From NCBI GenBank assembly GCA_947445025.1, contig CANFCB010000003.1:1-59943 (forward strand): a stretch of 59,943 nt of DNA. The letters run 5' to 3'. A program made the position numbers and the translations under genes. Shown piece after piece: positions 10,096 through 18,676 of the stretch. Under the pieces are notes generated by a model, which worked only from the letters and a program-made list of their open reading frames with translations, ran no database searches and had not been told where the DNA came from. This DNA comes from Myxococcales bacterium. Its GTDB lineage: Bacteria; Myxococcota; UBA727; JABDBI01. Position 1 is the stretch's first letter. The number at the start of each line of letters is the position of its first letter.

Positions 10096-10401
10096 TTAAA
10101 ATCCTAGCTCGGCCTTTCTTGCCTCGGCTGTTGGTAAAGAAGGCTCTTTTTGGGTGATGTTTTTGTTTTGTGGGGCACGTTCCGCATTAATGCGTAACCA
10201 ATCTTTTTTATCTGCCGGTAAATTCGATTCATCAAAAATCGCTTCTACCGGGCACTCTGGTTCACAAGCACCGCAATCAATGCATTCGTCTGGGTTAATA
10301 TAAAGCTGATTTCCATCTCCATAAAAACAATCCACCGGACACACCGATACACAATCAGTAAAGCGACAACTTTGGCAACTATCCGTAATAACAAATGTCA
10401 T
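10096..10401 (-). CDS. fdxA: Ferredoxin, FdxA-like (3Fe-4S / 4Fe-4S)
   Basis: MTFVITDSCQSCRFTDCVSVCPVDCF ... CIDCGACEPECP cluster motifs. I moved the start to the internal Met (10401) that begins the conserved MTFVITD N-terminus. The ORF track extends to 10452. Confidence 0.85.
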   Translation of the reverse strand: MTFVITDSCQSCRFTDCVSVCPVDCFYGDGNQLYINPDECIDCGACEPECPVEAIFDESNLPADKKDWLRINAERAPQNKNITQKEPSLPTAEARKAELGF

Positions 10402-10536
10402 ACAAACCCCATGAGCAGAGTGGCTCATATCACTTACAGGAAGAGCCGTCACGCCTTTTGCGCTAATTACATTACTTCCACTAGAAAATTACCGAAAAGC
10501 AGACTAGCATTAAACACATTTAAGCAAGGATTAAAA

Positions 10537-10824
10537 ATGTTAACATCTAAACAACGCCAACACCTAAAGTCATTGGCTCATTCCCTAAAACCAATCATTA
10601 ACGTCGGTAAAAAAGGTTACTCAGAATCTTTGCTGCAAGAAATTGACTCTGCTTTGCTCACTCACGAGCTTATTAAAATTAAATTTTTAGAAGCAGCTCT
10701 AAGCGAGACCGATGCAACCTTGCTGCGTTTATGCCTAGAACTAAATGCCACCAAGGTTGAATTACGAGGACATGTTGCGACTTTGTACCGTGCTCATCCT
10801 GAAAAATCGCGCATCAAGGTGTAA
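10537..10824 (+). CDS. yhbY: YhbY-family (CRM domain) RNA-binding protein
   Basis: MLTSKQRQHLKSLAHSLKPIINVGKKG...ELIKIKF matches the YhbY pattern. AAGGA SD 6 nt before the ATG at 10537. The upstream ORF extension (10372) overlaps the ferredoxin gene. Confidence 0.8.
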   Translation: MLTSKQRQHLKSLAHSLKPIINVGKKGYSESLLQEIDSALLTHELIKIKFLEAALSETDATLLRLCLELNATKVELRGHVATLYRAHPEKSRIKV

Positions 10825-10844
10825 GCAACCCAAGGATTTTTTTA

Positions 10845-11783
10845 ATGCGTACCTTTTACCCCACTATTGAACCCTTCGATACTTTTTCTTTACCCGTAAG
10901 CCCCGTGCATACCCTTTATGTTGAGCAAGCAGGCAACCCCGAGGGGATCCCCGTAATTTTTGTTCATGGCGGTCCTGGTGGCGGCATAGAAGCGAATCAT
11001 CGGCGTTATTTTGATCCAAAAAAGTGGCGCATTATTTTGTTTGATCAAAGAGGATGTGGCAAAAGCACGCCCCATGGTTCGATTGCAGAAAATACCACTT
11101 GGGATTTAGTGGCCGACATGGAACGCATCAGACAAAAGTTAACCATCAAAACATGGCATGTCTTTGGGGGCTCCTGGGGTAGCACTCTGGCCTTAGCCTA
11201 TGCCGAAAAACACCCTGAATGCGTTAAAAGTTTGGTCCTGCGCGGAATTTTCTTGCTCAGAAAACAAGAAATCAATTGGTTCTACCAATACGGCGCCAGT
11301 GAAATTTATCCTGACGCCTGGGATGACTTTTTAGCGCCCATCCCCAAGGCTGAGCAGGGCAATTTACTAGAGGCCTATCACCAGCGACTCACCAGTTCAG
11401 ATCCCGTCGTGGTCAAGGCCGCGGCCAAAGCTTGGAGCATGTGGGAAGGACGGACCTCTAAACTAATTCCCGACGCTAAAATGATTGAAAACTTTGCTGA
11501 CGAAACTTTTTCATATGCTTTCGCCCGCATTGAATGCCATTATTTTTATCACAAAGGATTTTTTGGCGAAGATGACTGGTTACTTAAAAATATTAATCGC
11601 GTTGCCCATATTCCAGCGATAATCGTGCAAGGACGCTACGACATGCCCTGCCCAGTGCGCAGCGCCTGGGATTTACATCGTGCCTGGCCACAATCACAAT
11701 TAAAGATCATCGCTAATGCTGGGCATTCTGCGAGTGAAGCTGGAATTATGGATGCTCTAATTACCGCGACCGATGCATTATGA
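10845..11783 (+). CDS. pip: Prolyl aminopeptidase (proline iminopeptidase, S33)
   Basis: HGGPGGG oxyanion motif, nucleophile elbow GGSWGSTLALAYA, C-terminal GHSA. 312 aa. Confidence 0.9.
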   Translation: MRTFYPTIEPFDTFSLPVSPVHTLYVEQAGNPEGIPVIFVHGGPGGGIEANHRRYFDPKKWRIILFDQRGCGKSTPHGSIAENTTWDLVADMERIRQKLTIKTWHVFGGSWGSTLALAYAEKHPECVKSLVLRGIFLLRKQEINWFYQYGASEIYPDAWDDFLAPIPKAEQGNLLEAYHQRLTSSDPVVVKAAAKAWSMWEGRTSKLIPDAKMIENFADETFSYAFARIECHYFYHKGFFGEDDWLLKNINRVAHIPAIIVQGRYDMPCPVRSAWDLHRAWPQSQLKIIANAGHSASEAGIMDALITATDAL

Positions 11784-12526
11784 AACGAGAAATTATTTTT
11801 AAACCGCCTCCTTCCTCGCAAAACCACGCCAGTCTTTTTTACGCCGCCAAGATGGTCTGGACCACGCTTAGTGAGAGTCTCAGTGTACTCTGGGATGCTA
11901 CATTTCACCATGCTTCTATTGCTGCTACCGATAAACATACTAGGAATTTTGGACAGAGTCTTTTAAGAGACAGCCATACCACACTCGAAGTGGTGGGCAG
12001 ATCAGACATCGATTTTAGCCACTCCTATGTTTTCATGTCCAACCACCCTTCCATGATCGACATTCCTGCACTTTTCGAGGCTATCCCACAATCACTGCGC
12101 ATGGTCACTAAAGGTGAACTTTTTGAAATCCCAATTTTTGGTCATGCCTTGACGCGATCTGGATTTATCCGCATCGATAGACGTAATCGAAAAAAAGCCA
12201 TCTCTCAATTGGAAATTGCCATAGAGCGTCTCAAGGATGGTATTTCTGTGTGGATAGCGCCGGAAGGGACGCGCAGCAACAACGCAGAAATGAAACCTTT
12301 CAAAAAAGGCGGGTTTCACATCGCCATGAATCTGGGTGTTCCGATTATCCCAATTTGGATCGAAGGCACTGCAGAAGTTCTACAACCTGGCTCCTTCGCA
12401 ATTCATCCTAATCGTAAAATCACACTTTTTTTTGGTGCGCCTATTCAAACTGCCGGCTTCGAGAAACAAAATTTAAAAGCGCTCATGATCCAAGTGCGCC
12501 AGGGAATTTTGCTGCTCAGACCTTAA
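11780..12526 (+). CDS. plsC: 1-acyl-sn-glycerol-3-phosphate acyltransferase
   Basis: Acyltransferase motifs NHPSMIDI (HX4D) and APEGTRS. The ATG overlaps the pip stop (ATGA). Confidence 0.8.
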   Translation: MKREIIFKPPPSSQNHASLFYAAKMVWTTLSESLSVLWDATFHHASIAATDKHTRNFGQSLLRDSHTTLEVVGRSDIDFSHSYVFMSNHPSMIDIPALFEAIPQSLRMVTKGELFEIPIFGHALTRSGFIRIDRRNRKKAISQLEIAIERLKDGISVWIAPEGTRSNNAEMKPFKKGGFHIAMNLGVPIIPIWIEGTAEVLQPGSFAIHPNRKITLFFGAPIQTAGFEKQNLKALMIQVRQGILLLRP

Positions 12527-12610
12527 TATCACTCTTCTGCGCGAGTGTAGCATTGACGGCTAAGGTTTTCTTGTCATTGCGGACTTGTTCCCACTGCTGT
12601 CCAGGACGTT

Positions 12611-12655
12611 TTAGGGATTTAGTCCCCCTTAGAAAAAGGGGGTAGGGGGATTTTT
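12611..12655. repeat. G5/C5 palindromic element, full copy (TTAGGGATTTAGTCCCCCTTAGAAAAAGGGGGTAGGGGGATTTTT)
   Basis: Read directly. The core TCCCCCTTAGAAAAAGGGGGTAGGGGGA can form a C5/G5 hairpin. Overlaps the last codons and the stop of ORF 12619..14295. Confidence 0.85.
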
Positions 12656-14295
12656 CCTATTAGATCTTCAAAATATTTTTTCTGTTTACCTGCTTCTATT
12701 ATTTGTTGAGCACTAGTAGTTGCAGGCTTAAAAGCAGTACCTAATTCTGCTTGCAGCATTTTCTGTGTCACTTCATTTGGGTCTTTAACGAATTCTAAAA
12801 GTGCTTGATAGGCGGCCGGATGCTCACTGCTTAGCCCAACAACTTCTTTGGGAATGCTGTCTGAGCCAAACAGCTCTTGCTTATCTTGTTTCTGAAAATC
12901 ATTATTGACGAGGATCTGGTCTATGGTACCTTTTGCACGCGGAAGTATACCAGTAACGTTAGTAGCTTCTCTTGCCTTAGCTGTTGGATATTTAAGAAAA
13001 TTCAGCAGTGCTGCATATGCTTCCTCACTCATATATTTCAAATCCTTCATATCTTCCACATCTTTTGGAGAAAATACAATAGAAGATCCTGTTGCTTGCA
13101 GATCTTTTTGAATGGATCGCACAAGAGCAATTTTTTTCACTATCTCCTTTAAGCTGCCAGCTGCCTTTGTATTACTGTTACCTTTACTAATACTTGTATC
13201 AACATCTTCTTTTGTCACGCCTTCTGTATTTTTAATAAATTCGATAAGCTTTTCATATGCTACTGGGTCATTAACGCCCAATCTAGTTATTGCACTTATA
13301 GCTGCAGCAGGAACATTACCAAACAGATCTCCTGTTTTCAGAGCTTTGTTAACATTATTCATTAGTTGCAAATTCTCGAAAGCATTATCCTTTATTCTAT
13401 CTAGCAACCTCTTAAGAATTTCTTTATCACCAGCAGATGTAGATTCCAGGTTTATATGCTTATCGACTACGTCTTTGGCATTTACATTTTGGTCCGCAGC
13501 ATATTCATTGATAGCCTTTGCTAATGCCTCGTTGTCTTTTTGATTATCTAGGTTATTTAGAATTCCGGTTTTACCGCGTTTAAATTTCGCTGCCTCACTC
13601 CCATCGGTTTTACTTAATGGTTTTTCAATCTTAGCGGCGGCTGCTTTTTCAATCTTAGCGGCGGCTGCTTTTTCAATCTTAGCGGCGGCTGCTTTTTCAC
13701 TATATATTTTATAGGTAGCCTCGTAAGCCTTAAAGCCAGAGGATTTGCCGAAACCAAGAGTTAACACTCTGACCAGTAAACTTTTAATCTTATCCAAGGG
13801 AGTCCTGCTAACGTTCAATTGCTGCAACGCCACAGCAATTTTTTCATTTTTTTGACTTAGATTCAATTTATCCCAATTGTGACTTAATAAATCGTTAATT
13901 GCGCTAAGTTTGTCTTCCAATTTTGTGGCTTTAGAAAATATTTGTTGCTGAAAGGCGCCGCTTTCATCCACGCTTAAATTTTTAGTAGTGTCAGATTTAC
14001 CTAATTGATTCGAGGCGGGGCCAACCGAATATTCCGGATCGGATTCACTAGTGTATTTTTCCAAGTTGGATTTTCCGGATTGTTTTTTCAATTGGGAGTC
14101 TATCCAAGCTTGATTAATCGAATTCGACGTTTCAAAAGCATCCGCATTAGCGGGATCCACACTGCCATGAGACAATGCAACGGCTGGTGGCGCAGCTTCA
14201 GGCGGCTTAGCGGGACCCATTGCTTTTTCTGCGAAACTTACACTTCTATCTACTGCTGCTCCTTCAGGCGCTATTTTCGATCCGAATTCGCCCAT
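12619..14295 (-). CDS. Hypothetical internally repetitive protein (558 aa), effector-like
   Basis: AGGAG SD 6 nt before the ATG. Contains AAAAKIEK x3 from a perfect 24-bp tandem repeat. Three copies of a module with core xAYxxLLxF(I/L/V)K. The last 12 codons and the stop lie inside a dispersed palindromic element (KIPLPPFSKGD*). Confidence 0.6.
   Translation of the reverse strand: MGEFGSKIAPEGAAVDRSVSFAEKAMGPAKPPEAAPPAVALSHGSVDPANADAFETSNSINQAWIDSQLKKQSGKSNLEKYTSESDPEYSVGPASNQLGKSDTTKNLSVDESGAFQQQIFSKATKLEDKLSAINDLLSHNWDKLNLSQKNEKIAVALQQLNVSRTPLDKIKSLLVRVLTLGFGKSSGFKAYEATYKIYSEKAAAAKIEKAAAAKIEKAAAAKIEKPLSKTDGSEAAKFKRGKTGILNNLDNQKDNEALAKAINEYAADQNVNAKDVVDKHINLESTSAGDKEILKRLLDRIKDNAFENLQLMNNVNKALKTGDLFGNVPAAAISAITRLGVNDPVAYEKLIEFIKNTEGVTKEDVDTSISKGNSNTKAAGSLKEIVKKIALVRSIQKDLQATGSSIVFSPKDVEDMKDLKYMSEEAYAALLNFLKYPTAKAREATNVTGILPRAKGTIDQILVNNDFQKQDKQELFGSDSIPKEVVGLSSEHPAAYQALLEFVKDPNEVTQKMLQAELGTAFKPATTSAQQIIEAGKQKKYFEDLIGKIPLPPFSKGD
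13621..13692. repeat. Perfect tandem repeat, 3 x 24 bp (TTTTTCAATCTTAGCGGCGGCTGC), plus a 6-nt partial fourth unit
   Basis: Read directly: 13621-13644, 13645-13668 and 13669-13692 are identical. In frame within ORF 12619..14295, encoding AAAAKIEK x3. Confidence 0.9.
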
Positions 14296-14359
14296 TTTTT
14301 CTCCTATCGCTATCCATGACTAGCGTACTATACTAGCATTATGGCTACATAAGAGCTCT

Positions 14360-14388
14360 ATCATAACTTTGGTTCTGGCTTAATACAA
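14360..14388 (-). promoter_or_regulatory. Candidate sigma70-type promoter for ORF 12619..14295
   Basis: The minus strand reads TTGTAT-17 nt-TATGAT, about 65-90 nt upstream of the ATG at 14295. Sequence match only. Confidence 0.3.
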
Positions 14389-14473
14389 ATTAACTGCCTA
14401 ATTTAGCAGAATTGCTAAGCGCCATGACAAATCGGATTGAACACTTACTCTAAAAGATGTGTGCATCGGGTAG

Positions 14474-14498
14474 TTTTTCTAAGGGGGAATAAATCCAG
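14474..14498. repeat. G5/C5 palindromic element, half copy in reverse orientation
   Basis: TTTTTCTAAGGGGGAATAAATCCAG is the reverse complement of CTGGATTTATTCCCCCTTAGAAAAA. It matches 59781-59805 at 23 of 25 positions. Intergenic. Confidence 0.7.
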
Positions 14499-14524
14499 AT
14501 ACAAAGCGGCGTTAAGTTTCCTTG

Positions 14525-14582
14525 AAATGCTGCAAGCATTTTTTAGAAATCCTGTTGGCCTTGGCCCGAACCCCGGGTAATG
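14525..14582. repeat. Second dispersed repeat family (AAATGCTGCAAGCATTTTTTAGAAA...GAACCCCGGGTAATG)
   Basis: The 5' 30 nt match the reverse complement of 58453-58482 with 1 mismatch. The 3' GAACCCCGGGTAATG matches the reverse complement of 58587-58601. Contains the palindrome AATGCT-GCA-AGCATT. Confidence 0.75.
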
Positions 14583-14587
14583 CAGCT

Positions 14588-15442
14588 TCAACTTTGCAGA
14601 AGATTTTTCGGCAGTGCCGCAATCATCTCAGGAACCATGTCGGTAAAAATGCCGGCGATCCCTTTTTTAAACCAGAGCTTGGCTTCATCAGTGTTGTTCA
14701 CTGTCCAAATGGCAACATGAATATGGGCACGCCGCGCTAACTTCAAAACCAAAGGCCCCGCCAATTGCGCAGGCAAATGCAGCGCATCTGGTCCGATGGC
14801 ATCCATGTAGGCAATGGCTTTTGGCCAATTTTCCTCCACCGGCGACAAAAGCAAACTTATCAAATAATCCGGGGCCATACTTCGAAAGTAATAAAGCAGC
14901 TCACCATCAAAACTTGAAATAATCAAAGTGAGTCGTTGCTCATGCTGTTTGAAAATAGACATCAGCTTTTCCACAAATACTTGCCTAGAAAAGTGGCCAC
15001 TGGCTTTCAGTTCAACATTGATAATAGCCCCTGCAGGCATTGACTCCAAAACTTGCAGCAACGTCGGCACACCTTCTTTGGCAAACCCGGAATAATCTTT
15101 TGCAGCGTTCAATTGCGCAAGCTGGCCGGCCGGCAAATCCTCAACGGCACCATGCCCGTCAGTGGTTCGATCCACAGTCTCATCATGGATTACCACGGGA
15201 ACGCCATCGCTACTTAAAAAAACATCGAACTCAACGCCATCGGCTCCGTACTCCATCGCTTTTTTAAAGGCCGACAAAGTATTTTCTGGAGCATTGGCAC
15301 GCGCGCCACGATGCCCCAATATCCACTTTTGCTTTGGCCATTTGAGACGAGAGCTTAACGGTTTTTTTCGAAGACTCAGCAAGGCTGCATAAAAAAGAAT
15401 AAAACCAAAAATAATTCTGATAAATGTTTTTAGGTTACTCAT
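14588..15442 (-). CDS. glpQ: Glycerophosphodiester phosphodiesterase with N-terminal membrane anchor/signal
   Basis: GHRGA...PENTLSAF, GADGVEFDV, DGVPVVIHDETVDRTTDG motifs of the GDPD family. Hydrophobic N-terminus IIFGFILFYAALLSL. Confidence 0.85.
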   Translation of the reverse strand: MSNLKTFIRIIFGFILFYAALLSLRKKPLSSRLKWPKQKWILGHRGARANAPENTLSAFKKAMEYGADGVEFDVFLSSDGVPVVIHDETVDRTTDGHGAVEDLPAGQLAQLNAAKDYSGFAKEGVPTLLQVLESMPAGAIINVELKASGHFSRQVFVEKLMSIFKQHEQRLTLIISSFDGELLYYFRSMAPDYLISLLLSPVEENWPKAIAYMDAIGPDALHLPAQLAGPLVLKLARRAHIHVAIWTVNNTDEAKLWFKKGIAGIFTDMVPEMIAALPKNLLQS

Positions 15443-16263
15443 GTTTGTTCTGTGTAATTAATTTGTTCTGATCGTTTTTTAGAAGCATCGACAGCTTCCA
15501 TAATAGCATGACGAAAAGATAAACGCTCGAGTTGATAAAGTCCTTCCGCCGTCACTCCTCCCGGCGAAGTAATTTGTGCGCGTAAATCACTGGGCGGCAA
15601 ACCCACATGATCGACTAAGACTGAAGCCGAACGCAAAGCGCCTTTGGCAAAAAAATCCGCCTCGCTACGAGACAAACCGGCACGAACACCGGCATCAATA
15701 AGTGCTTCTAAAAATAACAAAGCAAAAGCAGGGCCACATCCTGATATCGCCGTCACAGCATGCAATGCCTCTTCGGCATGAACCGCACGCACTGCTCCTA
15801 GAACAGCAAAAATATAATTAATGCGCTCCTCATCACGTTTAGCGTCGCAGTTAGCTCCCAAAAATGTGCCGACAATGCCTCCAGCCACAGCAACCGCGGT
15901 GTTGGGCATAGCCCGTGCCACAGCACATTTTTTGCCAATGACTTTCTCGATGTAATCAGTCGAAATCCCGGCAGCACAGGACACCAACAAAGCATGCGCG
16001 CTCAAATCATCTTTTAGTTGCAGCAAAGTGCGCTCGAGATCTTTGGGCTTTACGACGACAATGACAATCTCAGCATCTTTCACAACATTTTTAACAAATA
16101 AAGACGTAGTAATTTTAAGCAAAGGAAATTCGCTAACAATTAAATCCATCTTCGATTGATTGTGATCACATAAACGAAGCTGCAAACCGGCAAGATTCGA
16201 ACGCAAAAGCCCCAAGGCTAACGAAGTTCCAAGGCCCCCACATCCAATCAGTGCTATTTTCAC
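15439..16263 (-). CDS. proC: Pyrroline-5-carboxylate reductase
   Basis: N-terminal Rossmann motif MKIALIGCGGLG (GTG start) and C-terminal SPGGVT motif. 274 aa. Its stop overlaps the glpQ start. Confidence 0.85.
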   Translation of the reverse strand: MKIALIGCGGLGTSLALGLLRSNLAGLQLRLCDHNQSKMDLIVSEFPLLKITTSLFVKNVVKDAEIVIVVVKPKDLERTLLQLKDDLSAHALLVSCAAGISTDYIEKVIGKKCAVARAMPNTAVAVAGGIVGTFLGANCDAKRDEERINYIFAVLGAVRAVHAEEALHAVTAISGCGPAFALLFLEALIDAGVRAGLSRSEADFFAKGALRSASVLVDHVGLPPSDLRAQITSPGGVTAEGLYQLERLSFRHAIMEAVDASKKRSEQINYTEQT

Positions 16264-16296
16264 GTTTTACCCTCGATACTTTGGTAAAATTCAATA

Positions 16297-16818
16297 TCAA
16301 ATATCTGTTTCTGCATGGCCAGTCGTTGCCATTGCAGCGTGCAAATCAGTCAAAACTCTGGCTGCGTTACCTAGAGCCTCAACGATGTTTGGCAGCATGT
16401 TAGTCGTGACAGGCAATGAATCTGCTCGAATATGACGATTATGCCATCGCCGCTTCCACCATTTTACCGATATGTTAGTCACAAGAATCGTTACCACTGC
16501 AGTGAACGAACCCGCCATTGATAATCCAATAATAACACCTACGGAAGTACGATCCTCAGCTAATTTGCGAATCGCTTCCAACTCTGCAGCTACGGACGCC
16601 ATCTGATCTATGATTTCTGGAACGCTTTTGTCTACAACCTTGTTCGCCAATATCAGTATTTTATCAGTGGTTCGGATAGTGCCATTAATATTTTCATTGA
16701 GCGTTCCCATCTCCTCGACGGCATTAGCAAATACAGGCAAACAAGAGTTATTTGAACTAAAAGCAAATAATGAATGAGAAACAAGACCAATGGAGCAAAA
16801 CAGTAGAAAACGTCGCAT
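16297..16818 (-). CDS. Hypothetical membrane protein (signal peptide plus one internal TM helix)
   Basis: ATG at 16818 with an AGGAG SD 6 nt upstream. MRRFLLFCSIGLVSHSLFA signal-like N-terminus. TM segment VGVIIGLSMAGSFTAVVTILV followed by KWWKRRW. Confidence 0.5.
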   Translation of the reverse strand: MRRFLLFCSIGLVSHSLFAFSSNNSCLPVFANAVEEMGTLNENINGTIRTTDKILILANKVVDKSVPEIIDQMASVAAELEAIRKLAEDRTSVGVIIGLSMAGSFTAVVTILVTNISVKWWKRRWHNRHIRADSLPVTTNMLPNIVEALGNAARVLTDLHAAMATTGHAETDI

Positions 16819-16837
16819 CAAACACTCCTGTTAAATT

Positions 16838-17965
16838 TTATTCGGCAATCTGGCTGGCATTACAAAATGATGCCCGCATAGGACTACAACGCGCCGGATC
16901 ACCATTTGGAATAAAGACGTGGTAATCAGTTCCAGTCATGGGAAAGTCTGGCACAATAAAGTCGGTGCTGATAATTTGAGCGCCACTTTGCAAAGCTGCT
17001 TCCCATGTTCGGTAATCATTATTAAACGCCTCGGTTGTACCTGAATCTGCCCTAGTTCTCACAATAAAACCTGCTGAAACCAAATCTTTAATTTTCTGAT
17101 ATTCGTCTATGGCCCCGTTTAAGATTAAAAAAGCGGCATCATCTGCACTTGGACTATCTGGAGAGGTAAAAAGAACTCTTCCGTTCAGTTGTGGGTGACC
17201 CACTAAATACAACTGTTGTATCTCAGGTATCGCATTCATATAAAAAATAAATTTACCACGAGAATCTGCTATAGTTGGCCAATTATTAGCTAAAACAGCC
17301 TCACGCAAGGTTGCGTAATTCCCACGCATTTGATCAGGCGTAATTAACTGATGCGCAGGAATCGTGTTTCTAATTTCTTGATCAAGCGCATCCAGCAAGC
17401 CAGTGGTCTCGGGCAGAGGCATAACCAGGTCCAACGATTTCAAATAATTACCGACGCCAGGCAAAGCCAGCTCATCACTTTTCACTTCTATCTGAATGAA
17501 AATAGGCAAATGATTAGCATGTGCGTTAGACCAATCCAACATCTGTGAAAGACATTCAGTAAACAGGTGACAAGTTGAATAAAAATCAAAATTAACGTCA
17601 TGCATGACTTTAAAACCGGGTGTCTCTAGCTCAGGATCATGAGATTTTCCATCTTCTCCAATCATATATAAAAACCGATATTCGCTAAATCTTCCACCTT
17701 GCGGGTCAGCATAAACATCAAGTTCCATACCGCGCACGCCGCGCGCTAACTGATCGGGCAAAGGAAGATGCTGATAATCATCTATGGCAAAATCTGACAG
17801 TTTACAGATGGCTTCAGCAATAGCCACTATGTCTTTATTCATGTATTTTTTATAGCTATTATGCGTCGCTAAAAACTGTATGTCGTTTATTTTGGTCTCG
17901 CTGAACAGTGGCGCAGAACACAAAAAATGAGAAAAACAAGAATAAAGAAAAATTCGCAGCAGCAT
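16838..17965 (-). CDS. Secreted PI-PLC-like phosphodiesterase (Ca2+-dependent phosphoinositide phospholipase C family)
   Basis: Signal peptide MLLRIFLYSCFSHFLCSAPLFS. FLATHNSYKKY and GVRGMELDVYADPQGGRF resemble the catalytic X-box pattern of bacterial PI-PLC-C1-type enzymes (from memory). Confidence 0.6.
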   Translation of the reverse strand: MLLRIFLYSCFSHFLCSAPLFSETKINDIQFLATHNSYKKYMNKDIVAIAEAICKLSDFAIDDYQHLPLPDQLARGVRGMELDVYADPQGGRFSEYRFLYMIGEDGKSHDPELETPGFKVMHDVNFDFYSTCHLFTECLSQMLDWSNAHANHLPIFIQIEVKSDELALPGVGNYLKSLDLVMPLPETTGLLDALDQEIRNTIPAHQLITPDQMRGNYATLREAVLANNWPTIADSRGKFIFYMNAIPEIQQLYLVGHPQLNGRVLFTSPDSPSADDAAFLILNGAIDEYQKIKDLVSAGFIVRTRADSGTTEAFNNDYRTWEAALQSGAQIISTDFIVPDFPMTGTDYHVFIPNGDPARCSPMRASFCNASQIAE

Positions 17966-17989
17966 ATAGTCTTATAACCATCATACTTG

Positions 17990-18676
17990 TTATTTATTCC
18001 GATCCCCAAACAATAAACTGCCAATACGAATCCAGGTCGACCCAGAAACAATTGCTTCGGTAAAATCGTAACTCATGCCCATCGATAACTCTGGCAATAA
18101 AGACCCATCATGCTCGAGCATGTTTTTTATTTGTGCGACACGTCGAAAGCCTGGTCCAGGATCTTTTTCCATTTCAAGAGGTAAAATAACCATCAATCCT
18201 TTTAATGCAAGTGCTTTCATGGCTTGCAGGCAACGACACAGCGTCTCTAAATCAGAAACAAGTACGCCGCCGCGATGAATATCTTCACTTAAGTTCACTT
18301 GCAAAAAAACCGCCAAGGGATTTTCCTTGGAGCGGTATTTAGCCAATGACAAAGCTTGTTTTTCGCTGCTCACACTATGAATACAATCTGCAGCGGCAAT
18401 TTTTTTGGCTTTGTTAGTCTGAATTTGTCCAATAAAATGCCAGCGAATGTGCGGGCAAATTTCTTGCAAAGCTTTTTTTTTGGCGAGTAACTCGTCAATA
18501 TAATTTTCACCAAAATCACGCTGACCTAAATCATAAAGCTGCGCGATAGCTTCGATTGATTGTCCTTTTGAAGCAGCCAACAAGTGAACTTCACTGGCCT
18601 GGCGATGAGCTTTTTGGCAAGCAGTCTTGATACGCTCCTGTAAAATTTCATACCGCAATTTAATAGCATCAGTCAT
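17990..18676 (-). CDS. yggS: YggS-family pyridoxal-phosphate homeostasis protein
   Basis: LLAASKGQ (PLP Lys), HFIGQIQTNKAKK, MGMSYDF motifs. 228 aa. Confidence 0.85.
   Translation of the reverse strand: MTDAIKLRYEILQERIKTACQKAHRQASEVHLLAASKGQSIEAIAQLYDLGQRDFGENYIDELLAKKKALQEICPHIRWHFIGQIQTNKAKKIAAADCIHSVSSEKQALSLAKYRSKENPLAVFLQVNLSEDIHRGGVLVSDLETLCRCLQAMKALALKGLMVILPLEMEKDPGPGFRRVAQIKNMLEHDGSLLPELSMGMSYDFTEAIVSGSTWIRIGSLLFGDRNK

Noticed and set aside
10372-10536. Long N-terminal extensions of yhbY (from 10372) and of the ferredoxin gene (to 10452), which overlap each other on opposite strands.
   Set aside because: Both conserved protein N-termini begin at internal Met codons (10537 and 10401), each with a plausible SD. 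The extensions are unconserved-looking.
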